Of a stretch of DNA of 64,000 nt, positions 27,838 through 40,181 are shown piece after piece. Source of the DNA: Trichosphaerium sp. ATCC 40318 (lineage: Eukaryota; Protista; Tubulinea); NCBI GenBank assembly GCA_038496445.1, contig JALMLS010000397.1, forward strand, positions 1 through 64,000. Reading direction: 5' to 3'. Below the pieces are notes generated by a model. The model had not been told where the DNA came from and did not search any database. It saw only the letters and a list, made by a program, of their open reading frames with translations. Each line of letters begins with the position of its first letter. Position 1 is the first letter of the stretch. Position numbers and translations under genes: made by a program.

Positions 27838-28046
27838 GAAAAAAAAAGGAAAGCCAACAACACAAAGCAATAACAGTGTTGTTGTTAAGTATCTTTTGTA
27901 CAAACATTAAAAAAAAATAAATTATCTTAATTGAGATGGAAGTGACTGCGTTTAGAGCAAAAAATGTCTTTAATCACAAGCAACAACGAAATCTTGCAAA
28001 TTGGTAAGCCGATCCGTGCTTATGCACGAGTTAATGGTTGTGCACA

Positions 28047-29568
28047 TCAATACAATACTACATCAACTCCTTTTAGTTGCTTTTCACATTGTATTGCAAG
28101 TTCACTAGGGCGCAGGTAAATAGTTTGTAAACCTTCAAGAGTTTTGATTCCTTCAAAGGTAGCCGAGGTATTACATAAGTTAATTTCGCGTACACCGTTA
28201 AGTGCTTTGATGCCTTCATCAGTAACAAGTTTACAGTATTCTAGATAAACTGTGTGTGCACCTTTAAGCCATCTAATGCCTTCATCTGTCACATACGCAC
28301 ATCTTGATAGATATATTGTATGAACACCCTGTAGTGCCTTGATACCCTCATCTGTAACTCTTGTTTCACTCAAGCTTATAGTATGAACACCTTTAAGTTC
28401 TCTTATGCCTACATTTGTTATTCTGTGGCATCTTGCCAAAGAAATGGAGTGAACACCTCTTAAGCATTTAATGCCTTCATCTGTAACTTGAAAGCAATCG
28501 GTAAGCTTGATTGTATGAACACCTTTTAGCTCTTTAATACTTTCATCTGATACTTTGGTACAACCTGCCAAACTGATAGACTGTACTCCTGTTAACCACC
28601 TTACACCATCATCTGTTACTTGTGAACAATTGTAAAGACTTATATCTTTTACTCCTGCTAAACTTTTAATGCCCTCATCTGTCACATGTTTACAACTTGA
28701 TAAATCAATTCTCTTAACACCCCTCAATGCCTTGATGCCCTTGTCTGTAACTCTCGTTTCACTCAAGGTAATTGTATGTACACCCTTTAGCTCTTTGACA
28801 CCTTCATCACTGACTGAGGTACCATGCAAGTTTATCCACTCAACTCCTTTCAATGTTTTAATACCTTCATCTGTAACATATCTACAACCTTGCAGATCAA
28901 TTTGCTTAATGGCTTTAAGTTCTTTCAGATCGCTGTCATTGATATTGATGCCATTGTTAGTTCTTATAGTGTTACACCCTGATAACAGGGAATACATAGT
29001 ATTGTCCAGCTTGCTGGACAACTGAATTATAGTATTGTTCATAACACCTTTATACTGTCGAACCTTTAGAATGTCATTTATAGTTGAAAGATATACTTCT
29101 TGGTATCCGACAATATCATGGATAATATCAGCTCCAAAGCGGCATGATTGAGCAAAAGAGAATTTAGTATCTGCTGATGTGAGCCTTATAATCTTCGAAA
29201 TAATCTCAGGTGGAAAATCAAGTATGTTCAGTTCGACTGTGGATATTTTTTGATTTCTTGGAAAAAGAAGTTAGCGGGAACTACATTTAGCTTACTCGAA
29301 TGTACTCTATCTCCTGGTTGTTTGTTTGGTTGTTATGCCCGCGAGATGCTATATCCTGGTGATCTGTAGTGTTTGTAGCTGAATTGGGGTGTTTGTCAAG
29401 TAGTTTGTCGAGTTGTTGTACAATGGTTGTATTCACATCATTTACGATAAGTTCAACTTGGTTTAAGAATGTTTGGTGTTGTTTCGCCTGTATTTTACTA
29501 AAAGCCTGTTCGTGCTTCGTATGGAGATAGCTAATGGCTTTTTCTAACGAAACAAACATGAAACTCAT
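28047..29568 (-). CDS. F-box/LRR protein (GVHTI-type repeats), one intron
   Basis: F-box-like ILDFPPEIISKII upstream of the tracked ORF, and about 11 repeats LxGVHTIxLxxCxxVTDEGIK. Confidence 0.9.
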
Positions 29569-29899
29569 TGCTAAACACGTGTGTTGAAACGGTACAACAA
29601 TTGCCTTAATACAAGCAGAGCTTAAGTATTTACCGAAAATTAAATCCCTTTGCAATTAGTGTATTGCTTACGGAGGCGAAAAGCGATATATAAAACGATT
29701 ACTAAGGCTCATGTTATGACTCTACATCAAACGGAAGTATAAGAGTACAAAGAGAGCATGACACAATTGATAAGGAACGCAAGTTTCTTTGACTTTCTGT
29801 GCAGCTTCTGTCGTGAGTAAACTCTTTGTTTTGTTGTAAATCAAGGAATGACCAAAAAAACTTACACACTACACACAACACGTGTTTTTTTATTGTACA

Positions 29900-31138
29900 T
29901 TAAAATAGTGCACAGTCCATAAATGGCTTTTCTTCAAGTGCTTCCCTAACATTTATACCTTTATATTCTATAAGATTAGGACAAGCCTTTCCAATATTTC
30001 GAAGTCCTTGTGGTGTCTGACCATCCAACTTACCTACATCAAGATACTTCATTGTAGGACAAGATATACCTTCAAGGTTCATACCAGTAAAAGTAGCAGT
30101 ACGATAGCTAGTAATCTTTAATCGTTCTAAAGGCATTTGGAACAAAATGCTAAACACATCATCTGTGCCACTATTATCTATATGGATGTACTTAAGCTTC
30201 TTGCAATGAGTCTGTAAAGCTTGTGCAAACTCCCTCTCTAGTGTGCCCTCCTCTACACCACGTATAGTACCAGAAAAAGGTAATGAAAATGAAGGAATAC
30301 ACTCAAGGTTTGGCACACGAGGAAGTAACCAAGAAGCAATAATATCATGATGTGTTGGTCTATGTTGTAGGTTACAAGGGCAATCAAGCTCAAAAACACG
30401 AATGTTATGGAATACAGGACATGAATTGAACGACTCGTTCATATCAATAGGTTCATATCTAGGTGCTTGGGGTATCCAAGGTCCTCCTTTGATATTATTA
30501 TCCCACACGAGTGATAATCTTTCAATACCATCTGCCACTTTTAAAAGTTGTCTAAATAAGAAGAAAGCATTTCCACAATCAGTTACAGTCACTTTGGTTA
30601 ACTTTGGTAAAGGAAAGTCTATCAGTAGATTGTGTAGTATCAGTACATCATCGTGAAGCATACCACTGATATGTAGGATCTCTACAAAACGTGAAATTTT
30701 ACTAAAAACTTCAGCAAGAGAATCTATATCTTTTATGTGTTCTTTTGAAGTTAGAAAAAGTCCTATAATTGTTGAGCCAGTTGGTATGTTGTCTATAAAT
30801 TCTAGGGCATCACTGACATTTCTACAGTCCATTTTAAGAAAAATGTATCTATCCATGGACTCGCTAAGCGAGTTTAGTTCCGCTGGTTTCTCCTTCGTTG
30901 TAAAGTCCAAACTAAGTAGTGGCTTGAGGCGTAGATGGTTACACCATGTGGTAGATACACAGCAAGCTATACTACGAGTACACAAAGATAGGTAAGGTAG
31001 TAGTAGGAATGCTGCAAGTGGGTTTGAGAAGCAAGACTCCCTAAATCACTGTTACAATATGCAATACCGTTAAAATAATGTCAAGCAGTATCTTTTATGC
31101 AAAAAGATGGCTACAGCATACGTTTCAGTTCTCTCCAT
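29900..31138 (-). CDS. Divergent F-box/LRR-like protein
   Basis: Spliced MERTET|ESCFSNPLAAFLLLPYLSLCTRSIACCVSTTW (F-box-like), then irregular LRRs (PNLECI, KKLKYI, CPNL). Confidence 0.65.
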
Positions 31139-31339
31139 AACGTATTTGTATTGCTTCTAACCTAGTAGTAGATTTTAGGGCTTGTAACGTAAGAAAGCAG
31201 TCAGTTCATCACCTCTGTTCTACTTGCCAAGGGTTTATTTCGCGTTTGACAGTCGCTGACCAAAGACAACCAGTTTCAATTATTGCATCAAAGATAGCTG
31301 TCAGGGAAAGCCACAATAATTTATTGTTTATTTTTTAAT

Positions 31340-33779
31340 TTACTTCTTTATTGCTTGGTACTCTTGTAATTCCTCATCAACTTGTTCTCTTGTAAACCAA
31401 CCAGCATGGAATCCATACGGAACTCTTTGAGGTATTGCAATACGACATACAAGTGTCATATCATTCGCGTTTAATATAACAGCTTCTGACTTGTTTGTAT
31501 TCTCATCATGCAAGAACCCAATGAGATAACCCTTTAAACAAAGTTCAGATTGCTGACACGTGGTGTAACATAATTCAGTTAAAAACGTACATCATCTTCT
31601 CCTGTTGCATTTGGTTTTTGTACAAACATGAATTCTCCACCATATCTGTTTTTACCATGATGATATTTCTTTAATGAATCTGCACTTGTATTAGAAAAAA
31701 AAACGAAGAATAGTTTGTTGGATTCAGTTTTAAACAAACTCAAGAATTAACACGTGCCTGGTGTACTCAAATCCATCTTATATACTGTATCGAATTCAGC
31801 AAGTTTAAACGGTCCACATCCAGCGTATATGTATCTAAAGATATTTAGCGTCAATTCACGAAAGTGCCAACAATGAGAATTGTTTGTTTAACAAAAATAA
31901 TTCACTTACCGTGATTTTCTACCAAGCTTGGCGTTGTTGATTATAGGGAACTCAGTGACATCTGAGAAAAGAATCTTTTCTTCAACAGTGCCATTTTCAA
32001 TATCTAAACGCCACATGTTCAGTTGAGAACTCTAGCAGAGATCAGTCAGTGTATTTTTTAAGGATGCTTTTTACAAAAACCCGAAATAAGTTCTATGCAC
32101 GTACAGCGAGTTCTTCATTTGAGTTTTCATCAGAATCATATGGTTGTTGTGTGCGCATGCCAACAATAACTATGGTACCATCTCTAAAATCATATTTAGA
32201 AGGCTACAACAAAGGAAACTGCCTAAAAGTTTTTTGTACTGGATCCAAAAAAAAACAAAGACGAAAACACAAGTTTGCACTTACTCTTCCCAAGCGTTTC
32301 CTGTATGACTTACCCAACAATTTTTAATCTCAAACCACTTCAATTCATCGATACTCTGTAATAAAAATAGAACGGTAAATAGAAAAGCCAAGCAGAAGAA
32401 CAATGAAATAACGCTGAAAATGAGGTACCTTAGCATATCTAGGTAATACACCTACTCTTGTGCGTGCTTTAGAGTCAAATGTTACACCAGGAGCTATTCA
32501 ATTAATTAAGTACTAAATCACATGATGCAATATGGGTAGTACCTGACTTGTTGAATCCAAAAGGACAGTCAAAAAAAAGTGAATATTTGTCTGTTATTAC
32601 AAAATCGTGCATCTAAGAAAAAGTGCTTTAGTTTACTCTGCTAGTAGCTTTCATGTAATAATGTGACATACTATTTGCTTGCGCTCAAGAGGTATGATAA
32701 GGTCTGGTGATAAGTTACCGTCTTTATCAGCAACACGGTAACGTAACGGTGGACCAGTAGTGACATCATAGGCAAAAAATACTAAATCACCATTTACTGG
32801 ATCAACCTATTGATGTCATTAGATTGAATACTAACTATTACATGGGAATACCTTAGGGTGAGCAGTCATTTTGTGGTTAAGTTGGCCGTTGAATGTGTAT
32901 CTATCATCAAAGGGATAAACAAACGGAACGAGGCGCATAATAAACAAAGGTATCTCTATGAAAAAACTACAAAAGAGAAAAAAGAACTTACTCTCCTACT
33001 GTTTCAAGCGTGGTTGGTAGAACCCAGTATGGTCTATGTCCTTCAGCAAGAGCAAATGTATGCCTTACAATTACTGTTAGCAAAGGAAAACCAGTACGTA
33101 CAGCAACAAATGGTATTATTCATAGATTTCACAAAAAAAGTAAGATTGGTTCTTTGAATAAGATTCGTACTTGTTATGGTGAACAATGGAGGTATTAGCA
33201 TGATGTTTGTCATATACGTTTACAAAACCAATGGCTCCAAGAGCCATGTTCCACATAAAGTCTGCTATCGCTCTAAAATCTTGATTTAGAAACTTTTTGC
33301 AAGTTTTTTTTGAGTGTTGCAGCTTCGTACAAGGTCTTGTTCTTAGACTTTCCAACTGTTCCCAAAGGCTTATATATAGCTTTTCCTTTCTTGTTTTCAT
33401 GCTCCCATGTGCGTGTACGTACAAACCTGTGCGTATTGTTAGAATACCGTTAGAAATAACTGTAAGGACCTATTGGTGTATGTAGCCTTTCCGTTAGAGA
33501 AATCAATAGCGTGAAGCATTCCACACCCATCTATCCAGTGATAGTGTCTGAAAACAATTATTTGGACTGTGATCTTGCGTTTGCGTACTCAAATGGCGTA
33601 AATTGAGGGTTACCGCCGTTTCTGATGAAAATACCATCTAAATCGCTGGGAATTGTACCTGAGCGAATGTTACCTAGTTTCAATGGTATAACAGTACCTT
33701 CAAGGACTTCCAAGTCTTCTGTACGCATTTCGGTTGTAACTGGTTTGTGATTATCCTGTAGCCACGGATTGTTTTCCAT
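31340..33779 (-). CDS. Carotenoid oxygenase (RPE65/CCD family)
   Basis: FIRNGGNP, HWIDGCGMLH, and the four Fe-ligand His motifs TAHPK, MHDF, SHTGNAWE, PYGFHAGW. Confidence 0.93.
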
Positions 33780-34015
33780 CTTGTACTTTTAATGCTACAG
33801 ACGACACAGAACAATTGCAAGATCAAATGGCTTAATGTGTTAAGTCTTAGCTGTCATAGCAGTGTCAGTCGCACAGTTGTAAAATTAGATCGAGGCAACG
33901 TAGCAACGTACATTACATAAATATTTATAACACGTGGGTTTGCGCTTCTTTCCGGTAGTAACTAGAATCCCAAACAATAACATTTCATAGTTAGGGTAAT
34001 TAAATAGCCTCAGTG

Positions 34016-35177
34016 ATGCAAAATAAGACGCCAAGAACGATTGCTGAACAATCTCGCGAATTATCTATCTCTGAAAGAACTGCCGAGCTTCTAGACGCGC
34101 CTACTGAGGTAATAGTTCATTTGCTCGAGTATATCGATAGTTTGGATCGATTTCCCGTTTCTCAAACATGTAAACGCTTACGGAGCATTATACACTATCA
34201 TATTGGATTCAAGAGTATCTATATTCGATCAAGATGGTGTTGTTCTCGTCTAAGCGGAAGTCCGCTTCTCAAAAACAGCAATATCTCAATGAAATATTTT
34301 ATAAATGCAGAAGACGATGACCTTGCTTTCCTTTCTGGAGTTTTATCTCTTAACCTTGGTATAAACAGTGGAATCACAGATGAAGGGTTAAAGCATATAT
34401 GTGGCGTCCATTCACTGTATTTTGGACGCTGTACAAGAATCACAGACTCAGGAATAATACCATTAGTACAACACCTTAAATACTTTGGTATGTGTGAGTA
34501 TGGTACAGGAATTACTCCACAGGGTTTTAAGGCACTTGCTGTAATACCACATATTTGCCTATCACGATCTGATATTCAAAATGAATTCTTAATGGCACTA
34601 TCTGGTGTACACACAATAAGCTTGCGTTATTGTACAGATATTAATGATTTAGGTATTTCTGCTTTGGCAGGAGTACACACCATAGACTTAGCTTACACAC
34701 TTGTGAGAGATAAAGGAGTTGTAGCATTGTCTGGTGTACATACTATAAGTCTTTTAGGTTGTGACCGTATCACTGGGGCTTGTATGCCCAGTCTTGCTGG
34801 TGTACATACCATTAATCTGTCATGGACTACAGCTAAGGATGATTGGATTGTTCCACTTTCTGGAGTTCATGAAATAAAGCTTGCTGGTTGTGCAGGCATC
34901 ACTGGGACTTGTATGGCTAGTCTTGCAGGTGTTCATACGATTGATCTGTCAAACACAGAAGCAACAGATGATTGGATTATTCCTCTTTGTGGTGTCCATG
35001 AAATAAAGCTTGCTGGGTGCAAGCATCACTGGAACATGTATGAACAGCATTGCGAGTGCACACACTATTGATCTATCGTACACAAAAGCAAAAGACGATT
35101 GGCTTGTTCTTCTTTCTGATGTCAAAGTAATATACCTGACTGGATGTGGGTTTGATACAAAGATATTGAAGCATTGA
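34016..35177 (+). pseudogene. Intronless F-box/LRR gene, frameshifted near its 3' end
   Basis: F-box LLDAPTEVIVHLLEY and GVHTI repeats. At about 35021 GGGTGC-A-AGCATCACT lacks 2 nt against the preceding repeat, and the repeat continues in another frame (ITGTCMNSIASAHTIDLSYT). Confidence 0.8.
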
Positions 35178-35795
35178 CTGCACTCTAAGACCGTTACAAA
35201 GTAATTCCTCGAATAGTATAGAACTGACCTGAATAAACCCAATTAATTCAAAAAAAGCAATGAGTGATAAGCAGTTGTGAAGTTAAAGCTATACTTCAAA
35301 ATTGGAGATTCACCGTCAATTTCAATGAAATACTTTAGTCACAAAACATGTGCAAGAACCGACATCCCTCGTTGATGTAACTACCTAGTATTTAACACTC
35401 GCTTGTACTTTCTTGGAACAATCCACTTGAAGCGACAACGCCAGCCGGATGTGCAATGAGTATTTAACATGTAGCACCAATGAAATATTCTACAACAAAC
35501 AAATCATAGTACACAATTGTTTCACATAAGTTGCAACCAAACCCAGTAGTGTGACCAAGTAGGCATAGTATGACTCAAGATATAAAACTTCCGGTAATTA
35601 TTAGCTGTCTTTATGCGCTACATACACGAGATATGTTGGTTCTATATCTAGTGTTAAATTGGAGCAACGGTGAAATAGCGACTAAGGTAGACAACTTCTT
35701 ACTAAAAAACTCGACATTTAATTTGAGAAAGGACAATACAACTTAAGTCTGAGAAGCGCTAGATTTATTTGAGACTGGGGCTTTTTTGAAAACTG

Positions 35796-38067
35796 TTAAT
35801 TGACAACTTCATAAGCGTGCTTTTTCTTGGTACAAAAGCAACAACAGCATATCATAATTATTATTAATGCAGCCAATATTACTACACCACCTCCAGCTCC
35901 GGCAAGTATAAGGTACAAACTCGCTAAAACAAAATGATTCAGAAGTCTGTCAACAAAGTTTGTTTGTTGGCGCACGTTTTTTGCATTCCAAGTCTCCAAT
36001 GTTATTTGTAAAGTACCACGGACATGCTACGCACTCACCATCTTTTGGAATGAATGCTGCAAGGCATGGTGCACAGTCTGTGTTCTCATCAAGTGTATCT
36101 CCACTTGGACATATCTTACACGTTGATTGACCTGGTAAATCTTGGTAGGTATTATTGGTACATGCTGTACACAGATAAGCTCCTCTTTTTAGACAGTATT
36201 AGTTCATAGTTCACAGTGTATGAGTATCAAAAGCATAAGCAAGAGTACGTTGTATATCCAGCATATCCAGGTTCACAAGGTACACATTTAGTGTTACCAC
36301 GCCCTGGTCCTTTTGTACCTGTTTGAAGAATAGTAAGTAAAAAAACAGAGTGCCGGCTTTTCACTGCCGTACCAATTGGACATGCCAAACATGTTGACGC
36401 ATCTGTCGTATTAGCGAAATATCCAAAAGAGCAAGGTTCACACAAAAACAATCGTTTATGGCTCGCTTTACCAAGGCTACATTTACCTAAGAAGAGTATG
36501 AGTACATACAAAAAAGTGTAAAAGTTTTCTTAGTACTTTGACAAGAATTCGGAATGGCTTGATTTACGAGTGTAATGGTAGTGTAATTTTGTTTCCATGC
36601 ACTTTGGATTAGTGCAAACTCACTCTAGATAAAATAGATAAGAGAAAGAATCGAATGTTACAATGATTTGCATGACTGACTTACTGCAGGTTTACATTCA
36701 AAAGTATTTTCTTTGAGAGTCAGATGATATTTGTTGTTACTACTTTGAATATCTAGTGACATCATCGTGTTCCTAATCTTCATGAGACCCAACGTTGTTT
36801 AACCGCGATATAATACGTTTTGTTGGATGATGTGAAAGTATTATTGTCAAGTACAACGGTGAAGTCTTCATCTTTTGCTCCGAAAGATAAGCAATCCTAA
36901 AAAAAATTATTAATCATCAAGTACGATAGCTTGTCTAGAACTACTTACACCTAACAATGTTGTTTCTGGGCAGTGCTGAACTGAGTTATGTATCTCAACA
37001 ATCCCAAGGTTATTAAAAGGACCGCCAATAGATATATCTTGAAAAACAGAATCATGCATCACGAAGTTCTTCCCTATTGTTGGCAATTAACAAAAGCAAG
37101 ATCACAACTGATTGTACCTCTGAAATCGCCCATGCATTGTATTGTTGTACCAGAAATATACAGACTTGTACCACTTGATACAGTGACTTGTAGACAATAG
37201 TTAAACGATGATGTAAGCACTGAGTCAATAATGTGAATCTCAGCTGGCAATGTATCGAAATTAGAGAATAAACTTAATGAACACTCTGACACTGTAACAT
37301 TTACAGATTTTGTGCTGTTTAAACTGTAATACCAAGCCAGTGATGTTATCACTGACAGACCTAAAACAGCAACGTCAATATAGTACAACGACTCTTGGTA
37401 GAAGTAGCACTACACACGTTCAAGAGTAACAGAGAAGTCGTTCGAGATATTAAAGTCCTAAAAAACCCGTAAGTAATATTAAAGGTAAATGAAAAAGTAA
37501 GTATTACCAGGGCAAACAATTGAGGTTTTCCTATTTGAGTTGAAAGCCAATTGAATCCTCTAAGTACAAGTCTCTCCTTAGCACCCCAATGCACATTTGT
37601 TTTTCCATCGAAGTAACTTCGTGAAACATTACCTTCAAAGCAATTAATGTACGAACATAATTTATTTTTCGCACAACAAAATCGGAAGAAAAGTCGTAAT
37701 AAATTTCCCAAAACCACTTAAATTTGGATAAAACGTACCGCCAATACAAATGACGCAATCTCTGCCTTCGAGACAGGAAACCATCTCAATCGCTTGTTCA
37801 ATGTAAAAAAAAGGAGCCTCAAGTGTGCCGTTTCCCTACGTTCAGTTTAATCGCCAAAATATGGAAGCTTCGTTTGATTGTACAGTATTGTTACCAAAAC
37901 TCGCTACGAAGCTATCACAATCATCTATAAGGTATTGTAAGCGGTTTGGATATGATTAATGCAAGTTTAGGTAGTTTCCTTTGTTACTTACCAACAGAAT
38001 AGTTATTTGATCCGAGTGCCGTAGAAATACCTAAGAGTACTAACAGGATGAAGACGTACTGCATCAT
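35796..38067 (-). CDS. Type I membrane protein with Cys-rich GCC2/GCC3 (ephrin-receptor-like) repeats
   Basis: Signal peptide MMQYVFILLVLLGISTALG, CEPCSFGYFANTTDASTCLACPIG-type repeats, TM ILAGAGGGVVILAALIIIMI followed by CCCFCTKKK. Confidence 0.8.
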
Positions 38068-39110
38068 ATTCCTAAAACAGAGCAATTTATCTTATTATTG
38101 ACGAAAACTTGGTTTTTTTTTAGACAACTTATCTCATAACTTCAAGAATCACTGAATATCTTAAAATCAAAGGAAAAACACTACCGTAAGCAAGATAAGT
38201 TTGTATATTCTAAAGGTCACAACAAGCTGATGAGCCACGCTTACGAGTTTTCACTGCGATCGCTTTTGCTGACGCAGAACCAGCTAAAAAGAGGTTTGTA
38301 GTGTTGCGAATCTAAGAGGTACGTTGTACTAATGAATTAGAATCTACAAAAGAAAGGCAAATGATATTTGGACTAAAAGAGCGCCAAAAAGGTTACAGTG
38401 GCATCCCAGTTATGCGACTATCTCTAATATTACATACAGGCTAGTTTTGAGCAAAAGTCAGAACAGAAAATCGGTAACTGTACGATCACGTTTTTATTGA
38501 ACCGAAAAGGCAGGTTTCTAGTTTAAACCGTCACCAACGCTATGATACATTTACGTTATAAAATCAAGGCATGTTCTGAGCGACAAGAGCTTGAGAGAAG
38601 CTACATCAGACTGATCGACCTTTTTTTGGATCAGAACAACACAAAAACACCTTACGTTACATTAATAACATACCGCCAGTAAATAAAGGTTGATTACACA
38701 AATTCTCAGTTCTTATTTTTATTCATTGACTTTCTGTCCATTATAAATATAGACCGGTATCAAAATACGCGTAGAAGACACCACATGGGAACGCAGAAAC
38801 CACTGTAAGTTGCATTTAACTATTTTTTCGAATTTCACTTTTTTTCACATTTGTTTCTCAACAACCCACTCTCGATTTACTTCATAACTCCACATCTTAA
38901 ATCCCAACATCGAAATCCATATTTTTACTAACGATTGGCCTTGATATGCTTCAATTACCGTGTACAACGTATTGGAGCGGTTTTCTCAAACCCCGTGGCA
39001 AACCACAATTTTTTTGCAACAAGAAATTACTTGGTTAAAAGCAAAATGGATTTTTTATCTAGTGGAAGCATACGAATACTACAACTATAATATCTATACT
39101 TCTGCTTGAC

Positions 39111-39450
39111 ATGTCAAGACTACTCCGAGCAGTGCGAAAGTACGCTCGTAAAAAATACAATTCTCTCCTGGGCAGACCATTAGTGATTAAAGTCACGGTC
39201 ACAGTCCCTAAAAGCATCCTGGTTAATACCAACCCAGACTACACATATGCTCTGACTTGGGACCCACAGGTAGAAGACCTCTACTACCCACCTACAGGCG
39301 TATCAAATATCATAATGATATCCAGCTATGACATAGATCTAGCAAAAATGGCATTCGAAGGCGGAAGCCCAAGAATGTAAACAAAAAAAAAAAACAAAAA
39401 AAAAACAAAAAAAAAACAAAAAAAAACAAAAAAAAAACAAAAAAAAAAAC
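39111..39450 (+). mobile_element. Candidate retroposed element: intronless 89-aa ORF ending directly in an (AnC) tail
   Basis: Stop codon at 39380 immediately followed by about six A9-12C units to 39450. Codons are mostly C/A-ending, unlike neighbouring genes. Confidence 0.5.
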
Positions 39451-40181
39451 TTTTGCTGGAAAATCCTTTACAACAAAGGTTGTTACACCCTTTTTGTATA
39501 CCTAGTTTGCAATATCAATTTGATTTTTGGTGAGTGAGTCTCAAAACAGACAGCCCTGGTAACAAAGGTAGGAGACTGTAAGAATGTAATTACAAAAGGA
39601 AAGATGTACACAGTCAACGAAAGTTTTACCATACATTTCTCGCAACTCAATGATGGATTCATTAGGTAGTTCAGTAGAACAGGCGCTTACATACTATCGC
39701 ATGAACAATTCCATAGCGTTAGACACAATTATATCAAATAAACGCCTGAAACTTTTTTGATTGTAGCTCTACAACAAACATATCTTTTTCCTCTAGTGTG
39801 GAACAGATCTATACGAATTTGTATTCTTAGTATGTTTCTTACTGTCATTCTTGTCACTGACTATGTCATTTTTTTACTCTCTACAAAGAACCGGCTAATA
39901 CCAACAAAAATAAAAAAACCTGCCCAAGCTTTTTTTAGCTGAAACTGCAAAGTTGTAACAATTCCGACATTGAGGTTCTTGTGCAGCAGCGAGTCCGCAA
40001 GAGAAAGCGAACTGCCCGCTTGTTAGTCTGTACTTTTTTGGTACTTTCATCGTACACCCATTACTCTCGGTGTCATCCTTTTGTTTACTTTGAGAGTTTG
40101 TTGAGCAACAGAACAGCGATAATAGGACGAACAAACCACAGCTTTTATTGTTTACATTTCGTTAATTATTTTGTATAAACT

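Noticed and set aside
28669-30995. Plus-strand ORFs antisense to the LRR genes
   Set aside because: Antisense shadows with no independent motifs.
38227-38272. CTGATGA...CTGA as a C/D snoRNA or hammerhead core
   Set aside because: Too short for a snoRNA, no terminal stem, and no GAAA hammerhead element.
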